Shown: positions 39,993 through 53,745 of the stretch, one piece after another
Numbering within the stretch: the first letter of the stretch is position 1
Layout of the letters: each line of letters begins with the position of its first letter
DNA from: Anolis carolinensis
Lineage: Eukaryota
Direction: 5' to 3'
Assembly: GCF_035594765.1 (NCBI RefSeq)
Contig: NC_085842.1
Span: 305,769,749-305,833,748 of the forward strand
DNA length: 64,000 nt
Notes under the pieces: generated by a model
Seen by the model: the letters and a program-made list of their open reading frames with translations, nothing else
The model's database searches: none
What the model was told of the DNA's origin: nothing
Translations under genes and position numbers: made by a program

Positions 39993-40426
39993 CAGTGGTT
40001 CCTATCCCATGGGCTGCAGTTTATTGGATCTTGCGCTCTGTATTTTTTCAACCTCAACCCCCTCCCTTTCTTTTTGTTATACATGAGTGTTGACAAAATC
40101 CATAGATTATTAATAACACAGCCCAACCAAAAAAAATTCTTGCCGTCTTTGTTTCTGGGCCTATTCCTGGGGTTATTTTGGGTGCTGATTCAGAAAATTG
40201 CATTGGATAGACCACATCAGCTCTGTGGGCAAGCAGATGGCAACTACTGAATGGCATATGTTCTGTATCAGAAACTAGAACTGATGTGGTCTATCTAATG
40301 CAGTTTTTTGAATCAGCACTCCAAATAACCAAACTGAATCTAAAGTTGACCAAAAACTGATTTGTAACCCTTTTGATACTAATGTTGGAGAGTGGTTCCT
40401 GGTCAAAAAGGGATTGGAAACCGCTG
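39993..40426. mobile_element. hAT non-autonomous element
   Basis: cagtggtt...aaccgctg ends; TSD gtatatac/gtatatag. Confidence 0.75.
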
Positions 40427-41993
40427 GTATATAGGATGCTAGAAAAAGTGAATTAAGCCTCCCCAGTAGGAAAAAAGAGAAACAGGAGTTTACTTAAGTT
40501 CAGGAATTAATAAGCGGGTTCTGCTCAATTGGTGAAGATGGACAAATGGAGTGATGCGTGGTAATGTATGTGGAAGATGATTCATTGCATCTTCTGTTAA
40601 ACGTTGAAAAGAGGTCTGTGCTCCACATTCAGACCTAGAGACTTAAAGGGAATTTTGGGGAAAAAATGTATCAGGAACCTTTTTTTAAAAAAATAAAAGA
40701 AGCTGTTCTGTTCACAGAGTTGCTGTTGGGAAACATCTTTCTTTTCTACAGTTTTTGCAGAGTACGAATTATTGATAAAGTCAAATGTACACAAAGTCCT
40801 CTGTTGTTAGCATTCAGCTGATAATCCGTGATTTCCTTTTCTGCAATGCAGCCTCCCTTTGTTCTTTTGTTAGGGATAAGATGAGGGATATATTGGTTTG
40901 ACTTCTAGTGACCTGCTATTTGTTCCCATGGGGGGTGGGGAAACGACATTTGAGACAGACAGACCACATTTTATCATGAAATAACTCCCTTGTGTGTTCT
41001 CATGAGAATGTGTTGTCTTTTTAAAATACAGTTCTTTGAAGTTAAGGCACTTGAGCATATAGCTTAAAGGAGCATTAAGATCAGAATGGAGAATGTTACA
41101 ATGTCTACGTGAACATTTGCTCATGGTAATTTCAAAAGCAAAAAAGCAAGAACAAGAAATGAAACCTGACCTTATAAGAAGGCACATTGCAAATGCAGTT
41201 TCTCAACATTCAAAGGGAAATATTGCACTATGTTGGAACAGTCTAATATGGGAATGGCTAATAGTGAATTTGTTGCTCCATTGAAGTAATTTATTAAGAC
41301 TTACTCACTTACTAAAACCAGCAGTTGCGATTTTATCTTTAAAATGAAAGGATTTGCTGGCTAAGCTCTGTGGTTATGTGCTGACATTTAATATAGAAAT
41401 AATATACAAAAAATGACGTACTGTAATAGATTCTGGCACTGAAAACAAGAGGTATGTTTTTTATTTTTAAACAAAAGTAGAGTGTGATATAGTTCTATTA
41501 TGGGCCCAAGTATAGCAGCAATGTTTCCTTCTATCATCATTTCTAGTTTAAAAGGATAATATTTCTATGAAAAACATAAGTTGGCTCATTCTGGGTACTC
41601 AACTTGTGTGGTTCAGACTTTTCATCTGTTAAGGTATGAATTCCTTATAACATTATTCAGTTTTTTTGGTGCTAATTTGCACTCAGAAGCAAGGAATGTT
41701 GTGGCAGAGTCAGAGCCCTAATTTGCAGTAGCAAGAACTGAACATTATTTGTATTTGGAAGTCTAGGCAAAATTCTATATTATGCTTGCAGTGTTAATCT
41801 GTGCCCACATAATTATATCATAGTTGCATTACATTACCCATCTGTTGATTGTGAGCAGCTAGTTGTGTATCTGCTAGTCCACCTGCTTATGAAGATATGT
41901 TTCTACACTCCCATTGAATACATTAAATGCTGCAGTATGTTGAAGGCACTCATGTATAGTAGTCGTAGTAGTAGTAGTAATAATAATAATAAT

Positions 41994-42408
41994 CCAGACT
42001 GACAAAATTCTGGAACACAACACACCAGACATCACAGTTGTGGAAAAGAAAAAGGTTTGGATCATTGATGTTGCCATCCCAGGTGACAGTCGCATTGACG
42101 AAAAACAACAGGAAAAACTCAGCCGCTATCAGGACCTCAAAATTGAACTTCAAAGACTCTGGCAGAAACCAGTACAGGTGGTCCCGGTGGTGATGGGCAC
42201 ATTGGGTGCCGTGCCAAAAGATCTCAGCTAGCATTTGGAAACAATAGAAATTGACAAAATTACGATCTGCCAACTGCAAAAGGCCACCCTACTGGGATCT
42301 GCGCGCATAATCCGAAAATTCATCACACAGTCCTAGACACTTGGGAAGTGTTCGACTTGTGATTTTATGAAACGAAATCCAGCATATCTATCTTGTTTGC
42401 TATGTCAT
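41994..42408 (+). mobile_element. R4/Dong-clade element, restriction-like endonuclease C-terminus
   Basis: HNTPDITVVEKKKVWIIDVAIPGDSRIDEKQQEKLSRYQDL carries the PD..D and K..RY RLE motifs; premature stop at 42229; flanked by (TAA)n. Confidence 0.85.
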
Positions 42409-42410
42409 AA

Positions 42411-42461
<51 letters not shown>

Positions 42462-42544
42462 TTTATTTCTTACCCGCTTCTCCTAGTTATTCACTCTCCA
42501 GGAAGGTACAGAATTATAGCTAGAATCCCTTTGGTCAGTCCCAG

Positions 42545-43675
42545 CTTGTGTAGACTCATTGAATCACAACCAGATACAGTGAAGACATCTGTCCTTGTGC
42601 TTTATTACTCTGTTGCTGAATATGCATGGCCAGTGTGGAATACATCTCACCATGTTAAAACATTGGATGAGGCTCTTAATGAGACATGCCGCATTATCAC
42701 AGGATATCTACGCCCTACACTGCTGGAGAAATTATACTGTTTAGCTAGTATTGCACCACCTGACATTGTTGGAAAGTAGCAGCCAATAATGAAAGGACCA
42801 AGGCAGTGACATCTCTGGCCCATCCCCTGTTTGGATATCAGCTGACACATCAAAATTTAAATCAAGAAATAGCTTTCTAAGATCTACAGAGATATTCGCA
42901 GGAACACCTCAGCAAGTGAAAGTCCAAAAGTGGCAGGTTAAAACCTGGAACCTCAATCAGTGGTTGATACTGGATGAGAAACTCCCTCCTGGGCACACAG
43001 AACACTGGCCGACCTGGAAGGTGCTGAATGGACTGCACTTTGGCACCACAAGATGCAGTGCTAACTGTAAGGAAAGGGGCTACAATGTGGAGTCCATGAC
43101 ATGCAACTGTGGAGAACAGCAAACCACAGACAACTTACTGTAATGCAGTCTGAGCCCTCCCACATGCACAATGGAGGACCTACTCACAGCGACACCAGAG
43201 GCACTCCAAGTGGCCAGCTAAAAGAAATTTAGCACAATGCCAAGTTTTGAACTTTGTTTGTGGTTTTTCTATACAGTGTTCCCTCACTTATCACGGGGGT
43301 TACATTCCAGGACCACCCGCAATCAGTGAAAATCTGCTAGGCTTCTCCATAGGAAGGAAGTAGAAAGAGGGAGGGATGGAGGGAGGAAGGAAGGAAAGAA
43401 GGAAAGGAAGAAAGAAGGGAAGAAAGAGGCAGGGGAACATGGCACCGCCTCCATCTCCTCCCGCTGCCATTTGGGCTCCTTCTCTGCCCCACCGCCTGCA
43501 CCCGACTGAGTCTACTGCCACTGTAAATAATTATTTTTATGATTTAAAATATTATTTTAGTGTTTATTAAAAAACCACAAAACAGCGAGTCCATGAAAAG
43601 CAAACCATGAAGTAGTAAGAGATCACTGTACATTATAAATGTATTCTCAATTAGCTTCTGACACAATAAATAAAT
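42545..43675 (+). mobile_element. Vingi/Ingi-clade LINE 3' part, interrupted by a TA-flanked MITE (43274-43628)
   Basis: YSVAEYAWPVW...LNETCRIITG and CNCGEQQT motifs; ends gcttctgacacaataaataaat. Confidence 0.8.
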
Positions 43676-44043
43676 CAATTGAATCAATTGTTGAATGGTG
43701 ACTAAACATGTACCTAAATCCAGTTGATTCCGTGGATGTACTGTAGATGGGACTAACACTAGCATTCAAGGCCATGTGAAATGGACACAGTAGTGGAGTG
43801 CTGATTATGTGATCATGAACTGAGTGGCTTAAAAATTACAACTACTGTACATGAGTAAAGGAAGTTACATATGTGTATTGCACCAATAAGATTCTAGCAC
43901 AGATCAGTAGGAAAACAATACTAATATGTTAGCTCCAATCTCCCATATATTCTTTTCTCCTCACTGATTTACAAAAGATGTCAGAGAAGAAAGGCATGGG
44001 ATAGTAGGCAAACTGAATATGACTCAGCAGTGTAACTGGTATG

Positions 44044-44472
44044 CCCCGTTTCCCCTAAAATAAGACATCCCCCAAAAATAAGACCTAGTAGAGGTTTTGC
44101 TGAATTGCTAAATATAAGGCTTCCCCTGAAAGTAAGACGTAGCAAAGGTTTTGTTTGGAAGCATACCCAACGCCCACCAAACAAAACACCATAGCATGCA
44201 GGATTGGTAAATGTACATACCAGTTGTATATGGAAATAATGGTAGTAACAAGAAATTCTTGACAGAAGTCACAGTTTGTCTGGTTTGGTTATGTTGATTT
44301 GTGATGACAACTACTGTACAGTATAGAATAAATGTTCATATTTTTTTTTGTTCAACAATAAATGTGAATTCTTCTTCATGGAAAAATAAGTCATCCCCTG
44401 AAAATAAGACCTAGCGCATCTTTGGGAGTAAAAAATAATATAAGACACTGTCTTATTTTCGGGGAAACACGG
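44044..44472 (-). mobile_element. pogo/Tigger-type MITE
   Basis: Reverse copy of 34692-35111. Confidence 0.85.
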
Positions 44473-44522
44473 TAGTTTTAAAAGCAATATGATTCTAGGT
44501 TGCATCACTACAGTGGCTAGCC

Positions 44523-44656
44523 CAGGCATGGGCAAACTTTGGCCCTCCAGGAGTTTTGGACTTCAACTCTCACAGTTCCTAACAGCTGGTAGGCTGTTAG
44601 GAATTGTGGGAGTTGAAGTCCAAAACACCTGGAGGGCCAAAGTTTGCCTATGCCTG
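44523..44656. mobile_element. hAT MITE
   Basis: TIR caggcatgggcaaact; TSD ggctagcc/ggctagac. Confidence 0.9.
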
Positions 44657-45203
44657 GGCTAGACTGAAGGAAGTAACAATTCACTGTATTCTGCTTTGGT
44701 CAGAATACTGTCTTCAGTTCTGGATACCATATTTCAGGAAGCTGGAACTAATGGACATGAAGGCAAACAACAACAACAACTACTACTACTAGTATTCATG
44801 GATCTTAGGCAAAGAGAGGCATTTTCTGTCCTTATTTTTGTGAAAAGTGTATGCTTTACCATTGAAATCTGTGACATCTGCAGTGTTTTTGAAAAATGGA
44901 ATTAACGTTTTTTCTTACTATACCGGAAATTACCTAGGTCTTTATCTTAATGGCTGGAACAATTGGCCATGGGCTAGCCTATTTCATGTCTTTGATTTTG
45001 AGTATGAAAAGAAAACATTTCCTAGGTAACATCAAGATAAGCATGTACATACTTTTGTTGCTTGCTGATTAAGAGTGCTAATTGAAAAATACACTTCGGA
45101 AAAGGCTGTTTTTCTCCTTATCATGTTGAGAGGTCCAAAATTCATCGTACCAAAAGGTGCGGTATATCCCTAAAATTTCACTACAAGCCAGAGTAGTTTA
45201 AGA

Positions 45204-45429
45204 CAGTGTGGCCCAACCTTTAGTTACCTGAGGGCCAATCAAACTTTTGTATAAGAATGTAAGGGCCAGAGACATTCCAGAAAGAAAACGAATTACATAA
45301 TTAATATTGAATTACATAATTAAAATATTAATATTTAATTGCATGATTAAAATATTTTTCCAGTAAGAAGGGCAAGGGCCAACAAAAATGAATTGGTGGG
45401 CCGTGGGGGCTGCGGGTTGGACCACACTG
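45204..45429. mobile_element. hAT MITE
   Basis: TIR cagtgtgg.ccaacc; perfect 8-bp TSD gtttaaga. Confidence 0.85.
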
Positions 45430-46785
45430 GTTTAAGACATACTGGGGTCATAAGACTAGGTTGGACAAAATGTTCTTGTCCAGATGTGGTTGAACTTCAA
45501 ATCCCAGCACCTAAGCCCCCATAATCAGTAGTGAAGAGTACTAGGACTGGATCTGGAAGGTTTCCCTAAACCATGCATGGTCATCCCTGCATGTCACCAC
45601 CATAGTTGTGCACCTCCCTTCTACCTAGGTGATTGGTGCTTTTCATAGTATCAATACACTGAGCAGCAGAAAGCAATACAATGGGAAAGCGATACAATGG
45701 TCAATCAGGTTTCATTTATCGTAGACCTTTTGCATGCAAAGACTTACAGACCCCCCCCCCCCCCTTATTGACGTGACATTTGTGATGCTCTGTTGGACAC
45801 TGGTGGCTTGTGCTGCTAGTAATATATCTGCCATATTATTATATTCCACATCGGTTCTGGAAGGGAAGCTCTGTTCTATACAAATACACACATACAAAAA
45901 ATCCCATAGCTAGCATTGTGATGCAATAGCGAAAGATGTTGATCTTAGGAGGCCTGTGGTCTGGCTCTTAGTGAGCTCTGCAATACACAGGCTGGCTTTG
46001 GATTAATCACTTTTTCTCAGCCTCATCTACTTCACAGGGTTACTGTTTGAGGATAAATCAGATAAGAGTAGAGCTGTGCATACTGCTCCAAACTCATTGA
46101 GGGGAAGGTCGGGTATAAGTATAAATAAACAAATTGATGGGTCAAAAATGTTTCCATCACTAACACAAAATCAGAAATTTAAGAATTCAAAATGACATGA
46201 TACCACAAAACAAAAATGTTATTTATTTACTAATTTAATTTATGGTGGTTTTGCAAAACTAATACAAGGACTTTTGCTATTCTAGAATGGTTTGTATAAA
46301 CACATTAATCAAATCATGGTATAATATTAAAGCTTTAGCTTTTAAAAAAGTTTTACTGTAATTTGCTGATGTTCTGAGAAGTCAAGATAGATGTTCTTGG
46401 TTATTTTTTTTAAATGCAAAGAGCTGTAATATTTCAGGCTATATTTCTGCCAAAATAGTGTTTTAAGATCCTATAAACTAACAATTCTGCCTTTGCATGT
46501 CATTGACCTTTAAACTTGATAGACGCTTGGAATTTTTTAGAATGAAGATGATACTATCTGTTCTTTTAGAGTGTCACATATTCTACATGTTATGATTTTA
46601 CTAGCAAGAAATTATGAATATGATTTTGGCAGTGTTTTTACAAGCTCAGCTGTTGGAACTCAGAAAGAGTAACTCATGTGCCATACAGAACCATATACTG
46701 CAAATAATCTAAAAAACCTAGTTTATTAAATCATTAATTTGAAAAAATGTATAGTTTTAGAGCAGATGTTCATCCAGGATACTTA

Positions 46786-47562
46786 TGTTGTAGATCAGAC
46801 ACCAGAGGCTGATGGTTTAATTGATGATTTAGAGAGAATTGTGAGCTTTCCTATGGCACAAAGTGATGGGCCCTCAAGTCTGGGAAATTATGATTCTCTC
46901 TATCAGACAACCGGCTCACAAAGTGCAGGGCCTCAAGGGCACTCAGCGGAGTCAAAAGAAGCAACAGCAGATAAGGATTCGAGTGAAGAGCTGAGTGATA
47001 AGGAGGGTTCCCATGGGAATCCACCTGAAGCTATGGAGATCAACAAAAGTCTTCAGATTGCGTTATTCAGAGAGATTATGTGGGAAAGTTCGGAAATAAA
47101 TTCATGGGAAATGAAATGATTTCATGGGTGTCTATTAAACAAGTTGTTTACCTTAAAGTCAGTTCAGGCAACGCTCCGTAAAAGTGAGAAGCTAAGCCTG
47201 AGTTCTCTTGTTCCTGGTTTTAAGTCAAGCTCTGATTTTGGATTTAATATATCCTGGAAGTTTTCTGTGTTCCTGTTCATGTACTCCTGTTCAAGTTACT
47301 CGTTATACCTTCATGATTGTGGACTTATGCTGTATCTGTGATTCCTGGCTTTACCTGGACTTTGCCACCTTTATGAGATATTTGGATTATTGTTTGGATA
47401 TCACCTGTTGCTAAACCTTTTGGGTTATATATCTTCCTTTCTTATTCCTGATTTTATATGCTTTTTATATGTTTTTTTTTTTGACAAGAAACTGTCTGCT
47501 TATGTTCCTGGATTCTTGTGTGGTGTGGTGGTCATAGGTGTTTCCAGGCCTGGAGTGCAACA
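46786..47562 (+). mobile_element. Solo LTR (Gypsy-like, 777 bp)
   Basis: TGTTG...CAACA termini; 5-bp TSD actta/actaa. Confidence 0.75.
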
Positions 47563-48169
47563 ACTAAAGGCTAAGATGCAATAGGTTCAAGATTCAGTAA
47601 AGCAGATAGAAAAAACTTTACTAATTGCCAAACTCTTTTTAGCCATTATCACACTCATCAGAAAGTTGTGAGCACCCTTTAATGAGAAATCTTCAAATAA
47701 ATAAATAACAATTTATTTTCTTTTTAGAGTTACTCCAAAGTGCATTGGAGTATTTTGGTCTCATATCACTTGGTTTCAATCCTCAATCAAACACATCTGC
47801 TTTCTCTCAATAGAGCAGCATAGCTCAAAATTCATTTCATTTCAATAGATCTTACTGAGATATAAGGGATGATGATTATGGAAGGAAAAATGTACAGCCT
47901 TGTAGAGTGGAAAGAAGATTAGAAAATATTCCAAAATGGTAGAAAATGTGTTTCTTGAATACTGAGAAACACTGATGAAATGAGCTGTGAAGTGATGGCA
48001 ATCTTCAAGTCAGATTTTGTCCAGTGTAAGTTCATTACATCATCTGCAAAATTTGCCTGTGTTATTTTAGAGTAGAAAGCCACACTTTCTTTATAGGAAA
48101 CAGTATTTGCTGTATCAAAAATAGTAAATAATAATAATAATTTTATAATTTGTTGTATCCAGACTCTGA

Positions 48170-48402
48170 GAAGCAGCATGGTGTGATGTTTTGAGCACTT
48201 TACTAGGAATCTGGAAGTCAGGGTTTGAAGCTTTGCTCAGACATGGAAACCTACTGGGTGACCTTGGACAAGTCACACTCTCTCAGCCTCAGAGGAAGGC
48301 AAAGGCAAACCCTTTCTGAACAAACCTTGCCAAGAAAACCTTGTGATGGTTCACCTCAGGACCATCATATGTCCAAAACAACTTTGAAAGCACAGAAGAG
48401 GA
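48170..48402 (+). mobile_element. Old tRNA/CORE-type SINE with RTE-like tail
   Basis: gggtgaccttggacaagtcac..ctctcagcctc core. Degenerate relatives near 3285-3510 and 14745-14950. Confidence 0.6.
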
Positions 48403-48549
48403 GCTAAAATTATCTGCACTACTATACAAAGGAAGCAGAGGAGGTTTTGCTTTGGGCACTCTGTGCAAAGACCTTTAACATGTGCTGATTATTTGGGTTA
48501 TATGTACAAAAATTACCACTTACTTATTTACATAGCGGGGGGGGGGGAT

Positions 48550-48872
48550 GTTCGAGGATGATGGTCCTCCAAGTGTAGTGTCTTGGTGGTGGATGCGTAG
48601 GTGGCTGTGGAGACTTATTCTTGAACTGCATGTTCTTCTGCAGTGAAGGCATCGGTCTCCAGATGGAAGGCGTTCCTGGTTATGGTTGGCTTGACACACC
48701 TTCCTCTTGGCACATTTCTCCCTTAAGCCCTCCATTCATGCCTCTTTGATTTCTGCAGCACTGCTGGTCACAGCTGACCTCCAGTTAGAACACTCAGGGG
48801 CCAGGGCTTCCCAGTTCTCACTGTCTATGCCACAGTTTTTAAGGTTGGCTTTGAGCCCATCTTTAAATCTTT
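48550..48872 (-). mobile_element. RTE-clade LINE 3' fragment
   Basis: C-terminal zinc finger CLHCRRTCSSRISLHSHLRIH, preceded by FKDGLKANLK. Confidence 0.8.
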
Positions 48873-49437
48873 TTTTCCTGTCCATATTTGTATTGTATGC
48901 CTGCATTGCTAAAAATTAATTTAAAAAACAAGGCCATTAAAATCAATAAACATCAACACAGTGAACATGGGGAATGTTGCCTGGGCAGAGAAGTAGTCAT
49001 CCTTACATTGACTACACAGCTGAGTAACTGCCAAGGCTCTGCCTATGAGACCTTCCACACTGCCAATAATCCAGTTCAATGTTGATTTTATACAGCTGTG
49101 TGGAAGGGCTCTATATTAGCACAAATAATCTGGATGCAAGACAGAATAGATTGCCCTGTAGGTTCCCTGTATTCACCTTGTTGGTGCCAGACTAATGGTA
49201 TGAGAATGATCTGATGTTGTCCTGATGGTCGTCACACATGCCTCCTGCCTGAATGTGAATTGAGTCCTCTCCTGCTGCCTCCTTCCTAGGTTTTCCCTCC
49301 TCTCTTGCTTAAACAAACCCTAGAGAACAGATTGTCTTCTACAGGTTCCTGCTAAGGAGTAGGAAAAGATGAAATCAACTATGTGATTGTATTGCTACGA
49401 ACTGCCCTCCTACCTGAAAAATTGAAGCTAATTCTTC

Positions 49438-49610
49438 TAGAATTATAGAATTGTAGAGTTGGAAGAGACCACAATGGCCATGCAGTCCAACCTCCGGCCA
49501 TGTAGGAATACACAACCAAAGCACGCTGGACAGATGGCCATGTAGTGATCTCAAGAGAAGGAGGCCCCACCACCTTCCAAGGCAGGATATTCTACTGCCA
49601 ACCTTGCTCT
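49438..49610 (-). mobile_element. CR1 3' fragment
   Basis: tagaattgtagagttggaagagacc... is the reverse CR1 terminus. Confidence 0.7.
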
Positions 49611-50729
49611 AGGAATTTTCACATCTAAACAACATACAATTTTGTTCATCAGAATTTTCTGAATTCCCTGTTGGCCTAAAATTCACCTTAACCCTACAGA
49701 AGTCCCTGCTTGACCTCTTAGCATTTCTTCTTGATTCTTTAACAGTGACTTTTCAAAGACTGATAAATTACAGGCATGCATTTTTGCATTCATGTGTGCC
49801 CAATCTTTCCCCATGAAGTAATTTTAAATACTGTGGAAAGCAGAGCATTTTGAGGTTGCTGAAATCTCACTGGAATGTTAATGACTTTAAGATCCCATTA
49901 AAGATACTGTACTTTCAATCATTTGAACTAGTCATTAAGATGATTACTGAACAATTAGTGAAACTCAAAATAAAGCTTTCTTTCCTTAGTTTGAGAAGGC
50001 ATGGCAATTTCTGGCACAGTGGTTTTGATAAAAAGTTTAATTTAGACACCATTAGGTTTGATGGACAATGTATTGAAACGACCTATAAATCAAATAGAAA
50101 AAGATGGCTGAAGAACAAATTGTTGTCTGCTTGAAACATGACTTTAAAATTGTGCATGCCTACTGGGTTAGAGAGCAATCTGTTATCCATCAGTATTGTT
50201 GTCTGAGCAACCTTCCCCTTGGAAACAACTGTAGGAAGTGAAGATGTTTTGCAGACTTCGGCTTGAGAGGATGTTCAATGTCATTTGAGGGCAAATTGTT
50301 CATGATGGAATGTCAAAGGAGTAGTGAGAGATGGAAAGGAGAAATTCCAGGAAAAGTTAGGAAATAGGCATTCAGAATTGATGCAGGGCAGTCGAACTGC
50401 TCAGTATGAAGGTATAATAAAGTGAGAGGGGAATAAAAGCTCCATGGAGGGAACGGTTGTGTCCTTTTCATATCAGTTAACATGATAATAACTCCAAGGA
50501 ACAAAATAGAAATCAGGCCAAAGGTAGAAATGTGGTACGTTGGGACTGCAGTGTGAAATCCAGAGTTCATAAACTAAATCCTCTAAATATTTTCGCTGCT
50601 CAGAATTCCTCTTGGACATGGAAGATATTTTTACAAGTCAGAGAAGTCAATGGTAATATGCATCAGTGGACAGCAGAGAAAACCCTTTTGCTCAGGGAGT
50701 GTTGCCAACTATGTATCAGCACATAGGAA

Positions 50730-51013
50730 GGAGTCGCTGTGGTGCAATGAGTTAAACCCTTGTGCTGGCTAGACTGCTGAACTAAAGGTTGGGTTGCTGA
50801 CCTGAAGGTTGCTAGTTCAAATCTGAGAGATGGGGTGAGCTCCCATCTGTCAGCTCTAGCTTGCAGGAACACGAGAGAAGCCTCCCAGCATGAGAGAAGC
50901 CTTCTAACACATCTGGGCATCTCCTGGGCAATGTCTCTGTAGACGGCCAATTCTCTCACGCCAGAAGCGACTTGCAGTATGTTCTCTAGTCACTTCTGAC
51001 ATGATTTTAAAAA
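50730..51013 (+). mobile_element. tRNA SINE with Vingi-type tail
   Basis: TSD atcagcacat(a)ggaag; tail tcacttctgacatga. Confidence 0.85.
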
Positions 51014-52579
51014 ATCAGCACATGGAAGAGTTTGCTCACAAATCATTTGGCCCTGCAATTACACTCCCTGTCAGAGTGATTCCACCAGTCATGATGGTGT
51101 TGGGGCAAGAAGATGGCATGCCATGTTCTGGTCATTGTAATTTTTTCATGGGAATTGGTCATGACATGTCTTCCAAGAAACATGATTAGGTAGTTCAAAA
51201 GATCTCCAATGCATATAACAGGAAAAAAGCAGGATGAGGATAAGAATAAATATGATAATGATATTTTCATAAATACAGGATGCTATCAACAGCCATTCCA
51301 CTCCTAAATGTTTACTCTGGATTTGTTAAAGATAAAGAAGAAAAAGGGCAGCAATTTTTTGAGTTTTGTTCAAAACAGCCACATCTTGGATTGGGAAACT
51401 GTAATACCATCCAATGCAACTGAGCAGGTAGCATCAAACAGGTGTCTGTTTGGCATTTCAATATCCCCATTCCCCATGGATTAAGTAAACCCTAGATTTT
51501 CCCTTATTTTCAATGAAGCCGAGTATCTTAGTGCTTTGAACCTTTACTGTTTTCTGTCCCTTAAGTATTTCTGACTCCAGCATAAACAGATGTTTGTTGC
51601 ATGTGGTATCTCTCTGTGTGTCTGTTATGTTTCTCAGCCAACTGGAAAATACAGTATAATTTTAGTTGGATGTATAAACATAGTCTTTTTTTGGAATATA
51701 ATATTCCTGACCTTTTATAGGTCATTTATCTTCCTTCAGAAGAGACATACATTTTCCTTCTGCTTTCATGGAATCAGTTCAGCAACATGAGAAATGTGGT
51801 GGAGATGTGCACTATAAACATGAATGCTGACATATCAAATACTGGGTACTTCTGCATTATTTGTTTTAGTAAATAAGGAAAACAGAAGGGTTGGTTACAT
51901 GTTACATCCCAGCCAATATCTGCGGTCTACTCCTATCCCACAATATGTATGGAGGTGGCGAATATTAGGAAGTGAACCTATTGTTTCTGATTTCTGCATA
52001 ATACCTCTGCTTTATTTTAGGAGGAAGGACATAATCTATTAGTGTCCAATAGTAGCCCTTTATTTTACAGTGTTGCTTTCCTTCCATCTGAAAAAAAAGG
52101 AAAGAGAAAACCTAGAGCTTGGAGTATCATTTTAAGAATAAATAATTGTTATAGGATTTTTTTTAAAAAAGAAGTAGACCTTTGAAATACTTGTTAATGT
52201 AAGTACTTGTAGGGGTTGCAGTGATGCAATGGGTTAAACTCTTGTGCTGCTAAACTGCTGACCTGAAGGTTGGCAGTTTGAATCTGCGAGATGGGATGAG
52301 CTCTGGATATTATCCTTAGCCCCTGCCAACCTAGCATTTCGAAAACATCCAAATGTGAGTAGATCAATAGGTACCGCTCAGAGGTTGTTTGTCATTTCCT
52401 TCCTGTGACGTATGGCTTATAGTAACGTCCTACTTTCAAACATTAATTTATTTTAAATACAAATATGCCCTAAATCACCCCAAGAGCAGGATTTTAGGAT
52501 TAAAAAGTCAACACTACATGTTTATTTAATAAACTTGTTAAGAAATAATACTCTACTACTCCTTTCCACTGAATTCCAA

Positions 52580-53708
52580 GGAAGCCCCTCAGGCCCTGGA
52601 CCAGTGTCTGGCTGCTGTGATGGACTGGATGAGGGCTAACAAGCTGAAGCTTAATCCTGACAAGACAGAGGTCCTCCAAGTCAGTTGCATGGCTGATTGG
52701 GGTATAAGGTGGCAACCTGTGCTCGATGGGGTCGCACTCCCCCCGAAGACACGTCTTCAGCTTGAGGGTCCTCCTGGACTCAAGGCTGACGCTTGATGCT
52801 CAGGTGTTGGCGGTGGCTGGGAGGGCTTTCGCACAATTAAAACTTGTGCGCCAGCCGAGAGCGTACCTCGTGAAGTCTGACTTGGCCACGGTGGTCCACG
52901 CCTTAGTTACCTCCAGACTGGATTATTGCAATGTGATCTACGTGGCTGCCTTTGAAGACGGTTCGGAAACTACAGTTGGTGCAAAGATCAGCGGCCAGGG
53001 TGATAACGGGAGCTGGCTATAGGGAATGGTCATCCCTCCTCATCAAGCAACTCCACTGGCTACCAATACGTTTCCGGGCCCAATTCAAGTTGCAGGTCAT
53101 TACCTATAAAGCTTTAAACGGTTCTGGACCTGCTTATCTCCGTGACCGCCTCCTCCCCTATGAACCCACGTGGGCCTTGAGATCTTCTGGGGAGGCCCTT
53201 CTCTCGCTCTGATCTCCATCTCAGCTGCGGTTGGTGGGAACGAGGGAGAAGGCCTTCACGAGGGAGAAGGCCTTCTCAGTGGTGGCCCCTCGGCTCTGGA
53301 GCTCCCTCCCCAGAGAGATCAGGCTGGCACGCTCCCTGTCCATCTTTCGTAAGGACCTTAAAACATGGCTGATTCAATGTGCTTTCGAATGAACAGTTGC
53401 AGTTAGATCCTCAATTTGTCACAACTACTGCACTTTATCAATGTTCCTCACCCTTGTTTGTTTTAATTTTTAAATGAGACCTAATTATCTTCCTTGATCA
53501 CCCTATATTTTATCCTTGAGTTTTATGTAGTCTGTACAAATGACTAGATATGTTTTACGCTTTATGCTGATTATGCTGTTTTATACTGTTTTTATTATTA
53601 TATTGGTTTAAGTTATGATTGTGTTTTAATGTATGTTGATATCAGGCTTGTCCCCATGTGAGCCGCCTCGATTCCCTTTGGGGAGATGGGAGCGGGATAC
53701 AAATAAAC
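52580..53708 (+). mobile_element. L2 LINE, 5'-truncated (RT C-terminus and 3' UTR)
   Basis: WMRANKLKLNPDKTEVL, ALVTSRLDYCN, LQLVQRSAAR and LHWLPIRFR motifs; terminal stem-loop. Confidence 0.9.
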
Positions 53709-53745
<37 letters not shown>

